The notes under the pieces: generated by a model
Told to the model about the DNA's origin: nothing
The model's input: only the letters and a program-made list of their open reading frames with translations
The model's database searches: none
In this document: positions 53,482-63,250 of the stretch, piece by piece
Layout: each line of letters starts with the position of its first letter
Position numbering within the stretch: the stretch's first letter is position 1
Program-made: the position numbers and the translations under genes
NCBI GenBank assembly: GCA_965226885.1
Contig: CBDDEL010000014.1
Coordinates: 256,001 to 320,000, forward strand
Length of the DNA: 64,000 nt
Direction of reading: 5' to 3'
Source of the DNA: Opitutales bacterium
GTDB lineage: Bacteria > Verrucomicrobiota > Verrucomicrobiia > Opitutales > UBA2987

Positions 53482-55269
53482 TTATTCCTTCGTTTCAATC
53501 GTTTCGATATGCAAGTCGCGCAGTTGCCGTGGGGTGACGGTAGTGGGGCTTTCCGTCATCAGACACTGCCCTTTTTGCGTTTTTGGGAAAGCGATAACTT
53601 CGCGGATACTGGACACATTGGCCAGAATGGCCACCAACCGGTCAAAACCAATGGCGATGCCTCCATGCGGAGGGGCTCCATATTTGAATGCCTCCAGCAT
53701 GTAGCCGAAACGGCTCTGCACGACATCGGGCGGGATGCCAAGGGCCTCTTCAAATACCTTGCGCTGCAATTCCGGCTTGTGGATACGAATGCTGCCACCG
53801 CCCAATTCAACTCCGTTGAGGACCACATCATAATGCTGGCCGCGAACCTTTGCCGGATCGGTGTCGATGAGCGGTATGTCCTCCACGACGGGAGATGTGA
53901 AGGGATGATGGCTGGAGACATATCGGCCGCTATCTTCGTCTCTGGTCATCAAGGGAAAGTCGATCACCCAGAGAAAATTGTAGCGATCCTGGGGTAAAAC
54001 CAGTTTTTCTCTTTTTACCAGCAAGCGGGCCGATTCCTGTCGCACCCGACCCAAAATGAGGCAGGCGCGTTCCCATTCGTCGGCGGCGAAAAATATCATA
54101 TCGCCCTCTTCAATTTGGAGAGCTTCCTGCAATGATGCCTTCTCCTCCTCGGAGAAAAATTTGAGAATGGGAGACTTCCACTCACCTCCGGTGGCCCGGA
54201 TAAAGGCTAGACCCTTGGCCCCCATGGATTTGGCAGCCTCCTCCATGTCCCGCAATTCCCCTTGCGTGATGCCGGCCAGACCCTTGGCATTGATTGCCTT
54301 GACCACACCGCCATTTTTCAAGGTTGCAGAAAAAAGTCGAAACCCGGATTGGCTGAAAACTTTCCCTAAATCCACAATTTCCATAGCGTAACGGGTGTCC
54401 GGCTTGTCGACGCCGAAACGGTTCATGGCCTCGTTAAAGGTCATACGGGGAAAGGGCAGCGGAATATCGATTTGCAGGATCTCCTGCCAGATTCGCTGAA
54501 AAAGCGCCTCGACAAGGGCGTAAATGTCCTCGCGGTCGATGAACGATTGCTCGATGTCGATTTGCGTAAACTCTGGTTGCCGGTCGGCTCTCAGGTCCTC
54601 ATCACGAAAACAACGCGCCATTTGAAAATACCGTTCCACCCCTGCCACCATCAGCATTTGCTTGAATTGCTGGGGCGATTGCGGGAGCGCATAGAACTCC
54701 CCCGGTCTCACTCGGCTGGGCACAAGGAACTCGCGAGCACCCTCAGGGGTGCTCTTGAAAAGCATGGGGGTCTCCACTTCGATAAACCCGCAGCCATCCA
54801 TGAAATCGCGGACGGCCTTGGCGGCCCGGTGGCGCAAACGAAGGATATTGAGATTTTTGGGCCGGCGCAAATCAAGATAGCGGTAATTCAGGCGCAAGTC
54901 TTCACCCACGCGGTCCCCCTGGTCGTCGCCCAGGGGAAATGGCGGCGTTTGGGAATCGTTGAGGATGGCTAATTTTTCGGCGTGAATTTCGACTTCCCCG
55001 GTCCGCAGGCGGGGGTTGATCGTCTCTTCGGTGCGAGGTTCCACCACCCCGCCGACTTCGATTACTGATTCCGGTTTGAGGCGGTTCAAATTTCCATCAT
55101 AGGAATTCCCTTGTGGGTAAAAGACTATCTGGGTGCGGCCCTCGCGGTCGCGCAGATCGACAAAAATGAGGCCTCCGTGGTCGCGCACGGTATCGATCCA
55201 GCCGCTTAAAACAACGGTTTTCCCGGCGTCGGCCTTGGTAATTTCACAACAATGATGCGTTCTGTTCAT
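53482..55269 (-). CDS. aspS: Aspartate--tRNA ligase (probably non-discriminating Asp/Asn type)
   Basis: RDHGG..FVDLRD, LPQSPQ, FRDEDLRADRQPEFTQ, GAPPHGG. Confidence 0.96.
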   Translation of the reverse strand: MNRTHHCCEITKADAGKTVVLSGWIDTVRDHGGLIFVDLRDREGRTQIVFYPQGNSYDGNLNRLKPESVIEVGGVVEPRTEETINPRLRTGEVEIHAEKLAILNDSQTPPFPLGDDQGDRVGEDLRLNYRYLDLRRPKNLNILRLRHRAAKAVRDFMDGCGFIEVETPMLFKSTPEGAREFLVPSRVRPGEFYALPQSPQQFKQMLMVAGVERYFQMARCFRDEDLRADRQPEFTQIDIEQSFIDREDIYALVEALFQRIWQEILQIDIPLPFPRMTFNEAMNRFGVDKPDTRYAMEIVDLGKVFSQSGFRLFSATLKNGGVVKAINAKGLAGITQGELRDMEEAAKSMGAKGLAFIRATGGEWKSPILKFFSEEEKASLQEALQIEEGDMIFFAADEWERACLILGRVRQESARLLVKREKLVLPQDRYNFLWVIDFPLMTRDEDSGRYVSSHHPFTSPVVEDIPLIDTDPAKVRGQHYDVVLNGVELGGGSIRIHKPELQRKVFEEALGIPPDVVQSRFGYMLEAFKYGAPPHGGIAIGFDRLVAILANVSSIREVIAFPKTQKGQCLMTESPTTVTPRQLRDLHIETIETKE

Positions 55270-55363
55270 GGCAAATGGATAAAGGGCAGAAATGAAAGCG
55301 GGCCGACTCGTGATAAACAAGCCCGAAAATGATTTTTTTCTTTAGCTCCGCCGGGAATGAGGG

Positions 55364-57598
55364 TTAAGGAGAGCTTTCAAATGACAAGGATAAAACAGCC
55401 GCTCTTCCATTTTCATCGAATGCCTCCAGGAGCAAACTGTGCGATCCCGGCTTGAGGTCCTCAAGGGCCAAGGCAAAGCTTTCTTCCTTCGAATCGAAAA
55501 GCCCGTCCTGCGGTCGCAGGGAACGAGCCTTTTGACCATCCAAAGTATAATAAACAGCCCGCAGGACACTCAAATCGTCAGATGCCTTGAACTGGATGAG
55601 GTGGTCCTTATTGCCCATATCCTCTGTGGTGTCTAGAAATTCGATTTCGGGCGGAGAATTGTCGATCAGAAAAAGTTCGCTCAACCTTTCGCCGCGGCGG
55701 GCGTTACGGGCGTCATTATCAAGGCGGTCGTCGGCACCCACCTTGACCTGGTAATAGCCATCCTCAAATCCACGCGTATTAAAAGTGTAAACGGGCTCCT
55801 CCAGTTCTTCCGCCAAGGCTATCCAGTCCACAGCATCCACTGCCTTAATGCTTAGACCGAACTCCAGGGTGTCGCCATTAGGATCGACCGCGTTCCAGGC
55901 AATGGTCATCAAACCTTCCTCGCCCAGGTTTTTCAGCTGAAGGCGCGGAACCGGTTTTTGCAGCAATTTTTCCGGATTCCTCTCTTCGAGAAGACTTTTT
56001 AGATCGATATTCGGTTTGTTGGCGACAGATCTAAGCATTTCAAAGCCGGCCGGAATCACACGAATGGCACTAATATTGGGAGTAGCATTGCCGGTCTGAT
56101 AAAAAAGGCGAAGCCGGCGCACCATAGCATTATCAATGCTTAAGGGATTGTTGTTTTCGTGGTCACTGGCAAAAGATAGCTCGTATTGCATGAACCGGGC
56201 GTTGGGACTTTCGATCAGGTGGCGGTCGCCGGAAAACACGGCCTCTTCCCATGAAGACCAGGTATCGTCCGGTTCCTCGGTATTGCCGCTACGGGTGCGC
56301 AGGCGGTTTGCGGCAGCCCCGCCACCCTTGCCCAAAGGGTGCAAATTTCCCCATCGGGCAATCTGGCCGGCATCCACCGTCGGGGAAGTAAACTTGCCTT
56401 CCGATGCTGGCTGCCCTTGCAGGCGGTATATGCCCCCCGGGTTGCTGGTGATAACCAATAGATCGTCCGCATTGGCGGGATCGGGCATGAGGACGGAGAT
56501 TTCGCCTCCTTTGGGCGACTGTTGCAGCAATTTCCAGTAACCGCGGTCCACTACGGAAAAAATGCGCCCGTCATCGTTGGTTCCGACCACAATTTCACCG
56601 GAAGAAGTGTGGGCGAAGGCGAAAATATTGGCGCTGGGCAATCCCCAATAAGCCTCCACAAATCCATTTTCGTCGAGCGAATATATAATGCCCCTGCCCA
56701 CCGGACCGCTTTTCTTTTCTCGCTTATTTCCATTGGAACTCGACCTGAAGCCAGCGTTGGCCGTTACCACAAAAGGTTCTTCCTCGTTCCGGGAAAGAGT
56801 AGCATTCGACGAAGAGCCTCCTCCTCCATTTCCCGATTTCGTATCAAAGGTGGCGAAATAGATTTTGCCGTCATCCAGCGTCGAAATCTGCTTAATCTCC
56901 TGCGCTCCGGAGTTGTAAAGGGCGAAACCTTCATTTTCACCCGTTATGCGATAAAGGATGCCTTGCGGGCTGCTCCCGGCAAGGAGGTGGCCATGGTTGT
57001 CCCAAGCCAGGTCGGTCAAATGGGTTTGATCGCTTTTAAACCAAACCAGAGGCTCGTCGCCGGGCTGGAAATCGGGCGGAAGCTTGTAAATGCGGGCGCT
57101 GCTGCCGGTGGATACGTAGAAATTGCCCTCGGGGTCGAAAACGAAATCCCAGATATAACTGTCATCCGGATCGAAGAAAATTTCCGGTCGTCCTCCCGGA
57201 ACGATGCGGTAAACGCGCCCCACCGGCGAAGTGCCCACATAGAGGTTCCCCTCGCCGTCCAACACCAGGGCGCGGCTCAGTATTTCCTCCGGGCTGAAAT
57301 AATCCGTTACTTCCCCCTCCGCATTCACCTTGAGCACCTTGCCCCGGTTGCCGGTTCCCAGATAGAGGTTCCCGTCCGCGTCGGCCACCGCCGCCCAAAT
57401 GATGGGTTCGTCGATTTCGACCCACTCGGTCAGGGCCGGAGCCAATTGCAGATGCCCCTCGTTACCAAGGGAAACATTCTCGAATTCCCCCTTGATGAAG
57501 TCTTCGTAAACGCTGTGTAAAAACGATTGCGTCCGCACGGCATGAACCAGCGGAAGGATGGAAACTACCGTTAAAAAGACGGCTGCGGTTTTTTTCAT
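55364..57598 (-). CDS. Secreted beta-propeller repeat protein with C-terminal Ig/FN3-like domains
   Basis: Signal peptide; repeated DxxGNLYxGT..G.VY units; RTRSGNT..PD..WS.W; W.A.DPNGD; IDNSPP. Confidence 0.75.
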   Translation of the reverse strand: MKKTAAVFLTVVSILPLVHAVRTQSFLHSVYEDFIKGEFENVSLGNEGHLQLAPALTEWVEIDEPIIWAAVADADGNLYLGTGNRGKVLKVNAEGEVTDYFSPEEILSRALVLDGEGNLYVGTSPVGRVYRIVPGGRPEIFFDPDDSYIWDFVFDPEGNFYVSTGSSARIYKLPPDFQPGDEPLVWFKSDQTHLTDLAWDNHGHLLAGSSPQGILYRITGENEGFALYNSGAQEIKQISTLDDGKIYFATFDTKSGNGGGGSSSNATLSRNEEEPFVVTANAGFRSSSNGNKREKKSGPVGRGIIYSLDENGFVEAYWGLPSANIFAFAHTSSGEIVVGTNDDGRIFSVVDRGYWKLLQQSPKGGEISVLMPDPANADDLLVITSNPGGIYRLQGQPASEGKFTSPTVDAGQIARWGNLHPLGKGGGAAANRLRTRSGNTEEPDDTWSSWEEAVFSGDRHLIESPNARFMQYELSFASDHENNNPLSIDNAMVRRLRLFYQTGNATPNISAIRVIPAGFEMLRSVANKPNIDLKSLLEERNPEKLLQKPVPRLQLKNLGEEGLMTIAWNAVDPNGDTLEFGLSIKAVDAVDWIALAEELEEPVYTFNTRGFEDGYYQVKVGADDRLDNDARNARRGERLSELFLIDNSPPEIEFLDTTEDMGNKDHLIQFKASDDLSVLRAVYYTLDGQKARSLRPQDGLFDSKEESFALALEDLKPGSHSLLLEAFDENGRAAVLSLSFESSP

Positions 57599-57619
57599 AA
57601 AGACAATGTCGAGAGAGAA

Positions 57620-59461
57620 CTACTCCAAAGTGATGGGGACCTGGTAGCTTCCCCTGAATTCACCCGGAATCTCTATTTTGGTTTCCCACAGGGTTGTTTC
57701 ATCAAGAAACTGGCGTGCCGTATTGTTCCCCGGAGAGGTGAATAAAGCCTGCACCGATGGGGGCAAGTCTGGCAAATTTTCGCCGTCCAGAATGAGCCCT
57801 GGCGCTTTTTTCAGAAGTTTGATGTAAATGCTTTGGCGGGAACGGCGGTGGTTCCATTCCCTAATAATATCATCGACCGAAGTGACAAAGCCCCGTCCAG
57901 AGGTTTCCGCCAATTCGGCCCCGGCCGCATCGGCCACCAATATGGTTAATGCCTCGCCCGGTTGCAGTCCGGGCGGAATGGGAACGCTGATGCTATGGCG
58001 GGTCGGCTTATCCAGATAATTGTAGATGGAAAGGTTTAAATCGACAGTTCCGCCTGGCTTTACCCGCTTATTTACTACTTGCACGGCCTTCAAGCTGCTC
58101 AATAGCCACTCATCGCGTATGTCGATATTGAAATCGATTTTCGTGACCACCGGCATTCCGTAGGGGTTGTTGACGAGTTTCAAATAATTTTCCCAAAAGC
58201 TCATGGCCACCGATTTCGCTCCCTCCGGCCCGCTGGCCACATCCCGAAACACAATGGCGTCATAGCCTTCAAGTTCGACCCGTCCATCAAGATAAAAAGT
58301 CTGCTCTTCGCTTGATTCCATGGTCTGGTAGAGGGATTCAAGCAGGGAAATGGAGGCAAAAATGGGTGATAGGGAGCGATGCTCAAATAAATCCCCGGAA
58401 AACTGCCGGACCACTCCATTGACTCCGCGGGTGGTGATGGACATTTCGATGAGGTGCGGCAGCTCGCCTATTTTTCCGGCAATGGCCGTCAGCCGGTCCT
58501 GATAAACCGACCCCAGCAAAGGTCCCGTATTGGAAAGCTTGAAGGATTGGTTGACTGACTGAATCACGGTAATGATTTCCGCTCCCGCCATGGGAAAACG
58601 TGTTGGCCCCAACTGGAAAAAAGGATGCCCGAAGGCCAACAGGGTATCGCCATCCCGGTAGGTAACAGTGCCGGTCGCGGCCATATTGAAATCTCCGCTC
58701 ATGAGGACCGCCGCAATGGGTGAACCGGGTTCCAGAGAAAATTTCGATCCGTCGGCAGCCGTGCCGCTGGGCGCTTGCATGACATCCAACCCCAATGCCT
58801 CCAACTGCGGTCGAAAAGCCCTCAGGGCCCGCTCTGAAAACCCCGACGCCATCATGGGTGTGGGCAAAGGAGCGAGCAAGGTTTGCATCCGCTTGAGTTT
58901 GCCAGAATTTTCTCCACCAGTTGAAGAAACAGGATTCACCGAGGAAAAGACAGGCATTAAGCTGCCGGCCCCCTCTTCTCCTCCGGTTATGGCCAATGAG
59001 GTGAAAGAATACGATGCCGGTGCCGATGCCCTGCGAGGCCGCGAGGCCTCCAATGGATAAGTATCCAGAATTTCCAGCATCTGCTCGATGGGGGTGACCC
59101 CGATGATGGCCTGTTCTTTCGGCCAAGTGAACCCATAGGCATAGGCGCCGATCAGTTTCCCCCCAATATAGACCGGGCTTCCACTCATTCCGGCCACCGG
59201 TCCTATCAGCTTGCTCCGGGCATCCAAAGCCTGGCAAATAATCACCGAACGTTGCGGGCCGGTGAAATTCTCCGCCACTCCCAGGACTTCCAGCTTAAAA
59301 CTCTCCACCTCGGTTCCGGAAACCACCGTGCGCCATTCGCCAACCATGCCGGGCTTGACTTCGGAAAGCGGCAGGATGTCCTCTCCAACTGCGCAAAAAG
59401 CTGGAGCCAGAGCCGCATAAAAGAGGGCGAATTGACAAAAGACTGAACGACAAGAAGGCAT
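57620..59461 (-). CDS. Secreted SpoIVB-like (peptidase S55) serine protease, circularly permuted, no PDZ
   Basis: AGMSGSPVYIGGKLIGA near the N-terminus; GTVTY...LAFGHPF downstream. Confidence 0.85.
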   Translation of the reverse strand: MPSCRSVFCQFALFYAALAPAFCAVGEDILPLSEVKPGMVGEWRTVVSGTEVESFKLEVLGVAENFTGPQRSVIICQALDARSKLIGPVAGMSGSPVYIGGKLIGAYAYGFTWPKEQAIIGVTPIEQMLEILDTYPLEASRPRRASAPASYSFTSLAITGGEEGAGSLMPVFSSVNPVSSTGGENSGKLKRMQTLLAPLPTPMMASGFSERALRAFRPQLEALGLDVMQAPSGTAADGSKFSLEPGSPIAAVLMSGDFNMAATGTVTYRDGDTLLAFGHPFFQLGPTRFPMAGAEIITVIQSVNQSFKLSNTGPLLGSVYQDRLTAIAGKIGELPHLIEMSITTRGVNGVVRQFSGDLFEHRSLSPIFASISLLESLYQTMESSEEQTFYLDGRVELEGYDAIVFRDVASGPEGAKSVAMSFWENYLKLVNNPYGMPVVTKIDFNIDIRDEWLLSSLKAVQVVNKRVKPGGTVDLNLSIYNYLDKPTRHSISVPIPPGLQPGEALTILVADAAGAELAETSGRGFVTSVDDIIREWNHRRSRQSIYIKLLKKAPGLILDGENLPDLPPSVQALFTSPGNNTARQFLDETTLWETKIEIPGEFRGSYQVPITLE

Positions 59462-59465
59462 AAAA

Positions 59466-59499
59466 AGAGTCTAATATATATTAGAGTCTAATATATATT
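59466..59499. repeat. 17-bp tandem duplication
   Basis: AGAGTCTAATATATATT x2, immediately upstream of the S55 start codon. Confidence 0.9.
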
Positions 59500-59595
59500 A
59501 TTTTATGGGAGTGGGACAAGCCCATTCACAGTTCAGGAGACACGTCCACCAGACAAAAGTTCTGGCTTCCTCCTCAAATTGTGGTTTCCCCTTTT

Positions 59596-59631
59596 TAAAA
59601 GGCTTTAAGGGCATAAAAGGCTTTAAGGGCA
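59596..59631. repeat. 18-bp tandem duplication
   Basis: TAAAAGGCTTTAAGGGCA x2. Confidence 0.9.
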
Positions 59632-60337
59632 TTTTTGCCATGAACTTTGAACATTGGAAATGCTTTTCATTTTCAGGGAACCATGACGAAATAATAATGG
59701 ATACCGTTCAAGCTGAACTCCCTCTCGACGCCAAATCCACTCTCGGAGAAGCGCTGGGCAAAACCGTGATAGTATTACAATTCTCCCCAGAGCGGATAAT
59801 GAGGACTACCGCCGCCAGCCACCCAAGACCTAAAATTAATGGCAAATTTAGCCTACAAATTAAAAAAAAAAGCAGCCCTTCGACCACTTCCCCCAAACCC
59901 GCCACAACAAAACCGTCGCCACTCTGTAAAAAAGATAATTACCAAGAAAAACCCTCTATTCCGCAGCGGATTCCAAGACTTTATTCACCCAGGAATTGAG
60001 GCTTTTATTCTAGTTTTTTTGTTAGAAGGTCTATGCCTGTTCCAATTAAAGATTTAAATACTGGATGCTCGACTAATTTCTTCAATATTCCTTTTGCTTC
60101 TTTCTTTTCATTCTCAGAGGTTTCAGAGTTATTTACAGCCTCAATGAGCGTGTCAAACAAGACATTCATATTTTGAGTGTTGTGGTTACCTATCTGGACT
60201 TGATACGGATTATTTATCTCGATTCTTTCACTCATTTTATCTCTTTCTTTTTCAAGATTTCTGAAAATCAAATTGAGTTCAGTAGTGCGGCGGGCCTTCA
60301 AATCAGGACAATCTTTTTCTACCTTTATATGTCCTAG

Positions 60338-62730
60338 CCCGGATATTTCATGAAGGGTAAAGTTTGGCTCGTTATTGCTATTGGAGATGGAGATGGATTT
60401 CTTTGTATTTTGAGCAGATCGTCTTGATTTTTAGGTGTTTTTCAGGGTGTAGAGACACTGCCCCCTTTCCCCCATTGGTTCGGTAGTGCCGGGGGCAGCA
60501 CCAATGCACCCTTTAGGTTGGCACCAATCGGCGGGCCGCATGGTTGAAAAGACTGGCCCAAGGATAACTCTCACTTAGGTGAAAGTGAATCGTTCGGGTG
60601 TTGCGCACGATGACCGCTCCGATCTTGATTAATTTGAGCCGCAGGGTGTGGCATTGGGCCCGCGCCCACTTCGTCCCTTTTAAGGCTAACCGGCGCATGG
60701 CTTCCATCAAGGTGTAGGCCAGCGCCGAGGTAGTGTATAAAAAAAGAATGTTATTTTGTATTTTTAGCTGTACAAATAGCGTTAGGCAGTTTATTCTTAG
60801 TGCATCTTAGTGCATGGTTACTAAAATTATTAATTGTCGGCACTGTGGAAGTGAAAATATCATTAAATTTGGCAAGACGCCCAGCCATAAACAGCGCTAC
60901 CGCTGCCATGATTGTGGTAAACAAAGCCGCGAAAACCCCACAGTGAAATACACCGAAGAGCAAAAAGAAATGATCCTTCGAGTCTATCAGGAACGCAGCA
61001 GTCTACGCGGTTTACAGCGCGCCTTCGGGGTGAGTCCCAACACCGTTTTGAGTTGGTTAAAAAAAACGACAATCGCTGCGACCGCTCAAAAGCACGATTC
61101 TTGCGGCCCGCCGCCATGATGTCATTGAACTGGACGAACTGTGGTCTTTTGTGGGGCGCAAGAGCGATGCCCAATGGGTTTGGATCGCTCTTTGCCGACG
61201 CACCCGTCAAATCCTCTCCTATGCCATTGGGCCTCGGGATTGGTATCGTTGCCGGGAACTTTACGAGCGTCTGCCACGGGCCTACAAAAGATGTGCCACC
61301 TACAGCGACTTTTGGAGCACTTATGATGAAGTCTTTCCTCATAACCGATCCGTGGGAAAAGAAACCGGTGAAACGGCCCATGTGGAACGATGGAACAATA
61401 CCCTGCGCCAACGACTGGGTCGTTTCACACGCAAAACCCTCTCCTTTTCCAAGCTTAAGAGTATGCATGAAACCTGTCTGAGACTTTTCATTCATCAATA
61501 TAATCAAGAATTAGCCACCATTCCTACTTAATACACTACCAGCGCCGACAAGAGCAATCGCCACTGATTGGCCCACCATTGATGGGCGCTGGTGCGCTCG
61601 CTGAACAATTGCATCTGTTCCTTGATTCGGTTCTCCATTTCACCGCGGCCACAGTATACCTTGTCGTAAAGCTCCTGGGGATCGCCCGGCAGGTTCGTCA
61701 CCACGAAGCGCGGGTTGGACCCCTGTGCGGTGTGTTCGGCTTTATGGATGACCAACCGCAGCCATCGCCACGAATCGGCAGCATAGACGAAGTCCTGGAA
61801 TAACCGTTGTTTTTTACCCCTTAGTTCGAACCATTCTTTGGCCTGCTTTTGCAACTGCTGGGCATCTTGCTGCAAGCGTGCATTGCGAGCCATCCCCACG
61901 ATGTAACTAACTTCGTTGCGGTCGCACCAAGAGAGTATCCGGTCTCGACAAAATCCACTGTCGGCGCGCCAAATAATCCGCGTACGGGGCCAGCTTTGGC
62001 GAATCCGTTTAACCAGCAATTTGAGGATGGCCCCGGCATGCTTGCTGGCATCGATCTTGCTCGGCCGCAGGTAGGCCACCAGCAGCTGATCACCGCAAAA
62101 AACATATAGCGGCAGAAAACAGTAATGATCATAATAACCGTGGAAAAAACGTCCCTCCTGGAGCCCGTGCACCGGATTGTCGGTGCCGTCAAAGTCCAGG
62201 ATGATCTCTTCGGGTTCCTCGGCAAAGGAGCCCATGAACTGTTCGACCAACAGCTCGTTTACCGCAAAGGCCGCCCGCCGATCCTGCCCGTTTTCAAAAC
62301 GACACAAAGTCGGCGCGCTGGCCAACGTTTCAATGCGCCCCGTTACCGTTTGCAACAATGGATCGTGGCGCAGGGTATCAAAGTCGTTCAAATCCTCATA
62401 GCCCGCCACCAGCCCGTAAACGCGCTGCCGCAGCATCCCCAATACCTCATGGCGTACTTTGCCCTTCTGCCGTTTGTCCACTAACTGTCGGGCCGCTCGT
62501 TCGGTCAAGCCCAACTGCCGATCCACTTCCCGGATCAAAAGCAGTCCGGCATCCGAAGTAACCTCTCCGCCCTTGAAATCAACCCGCACACGGCGGCCTT
62601 TTACCCTTGTCAACTGTAGCTTTAATTGTTTACCTTTTGTCATCGCTGATATTGCTTTAATTATTGATCTATCCTGCTGTATATCAGCAGTTAAGCATAT
62701 CAACGATACTTTTTTTACGAAATATCCGGG
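60338..62730 (-). mobile_element. IS1380-family insertion sequence, copy 5, interrupted by IS1-A
   Basis: IRs; CTAG TSD; transposase 60513-62643 broken at 61540/60729. Confidence 0.94.
60729..61540 (+). mobile_element. IS1-family element type A
   Basis: IRs; 8-bp TSD AGCGCCGA; insAB 60814-61531; 10-bp duplication at 60795-60814. Confidence 0.94.
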
Positions 62731-62797
62731 CTAGTGAAAAATTTCGATAGAAACGACGGTATTTCTCTAATTCATATATGGATGATTCTTTCAAACA

Positions 62798-62847
62798 TTC
62801 AAAATCATCAAGAAATAGTGCCTTCAAAATCATCAAGAAATAGTGCC
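62798..62847. repeat. 25-bp tandem duplication causing a frameshift
   Basis: TTCAAAATCATCAAGAAATAGTGCC x2. Confidence 0.9.
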
Positions 62848-63250
62848 TTGATATCACCTTCAGAAGCAATTCCGATTTCTTGGTGAAAAACCTTAATAAC
62901 TGAATCGGTCTGTTCAATGAAGAATCCTGTATACGAGTCTAGGTTTTCTATCAAAGATTCTTGAATCCTAACAAAGGCGCCAGGACTTTGTTCCAAGCCT
63001 CGAAAACTAAATTCACTGAGAACTCCTTGTGCCACTTCCCTGCAACGAGGAATAAAACTCTTTCTCTTTTCATCGGTCAGAGAAGAAATATTATTAAGAA
63101 TATCACTCATTAAACATTGTCGAAAAATTAGTATTATAAGGGCTGTGAAAGCGTAAGCAGAGATGATCTTATTCAATTTGTTGGAAAAAGGGGTTGGGAC
63201 AAGATTAAAGGTATATATTCAGAGTCGTTGGCCATATCGACTTGTAATTA

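Larger units (their letters stand above)
60005..63110 (-). pseudogene. AT-rich hypothetical gene with C-terminal RHIM-like VQIG motif, split by IS1380/IS1 and a 25-bp duplication
   Basis: Removing the IS block with its CTAG TSD and one 25-bp unit gives a continuous 227-aa ORF. Confidence 0.75.
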
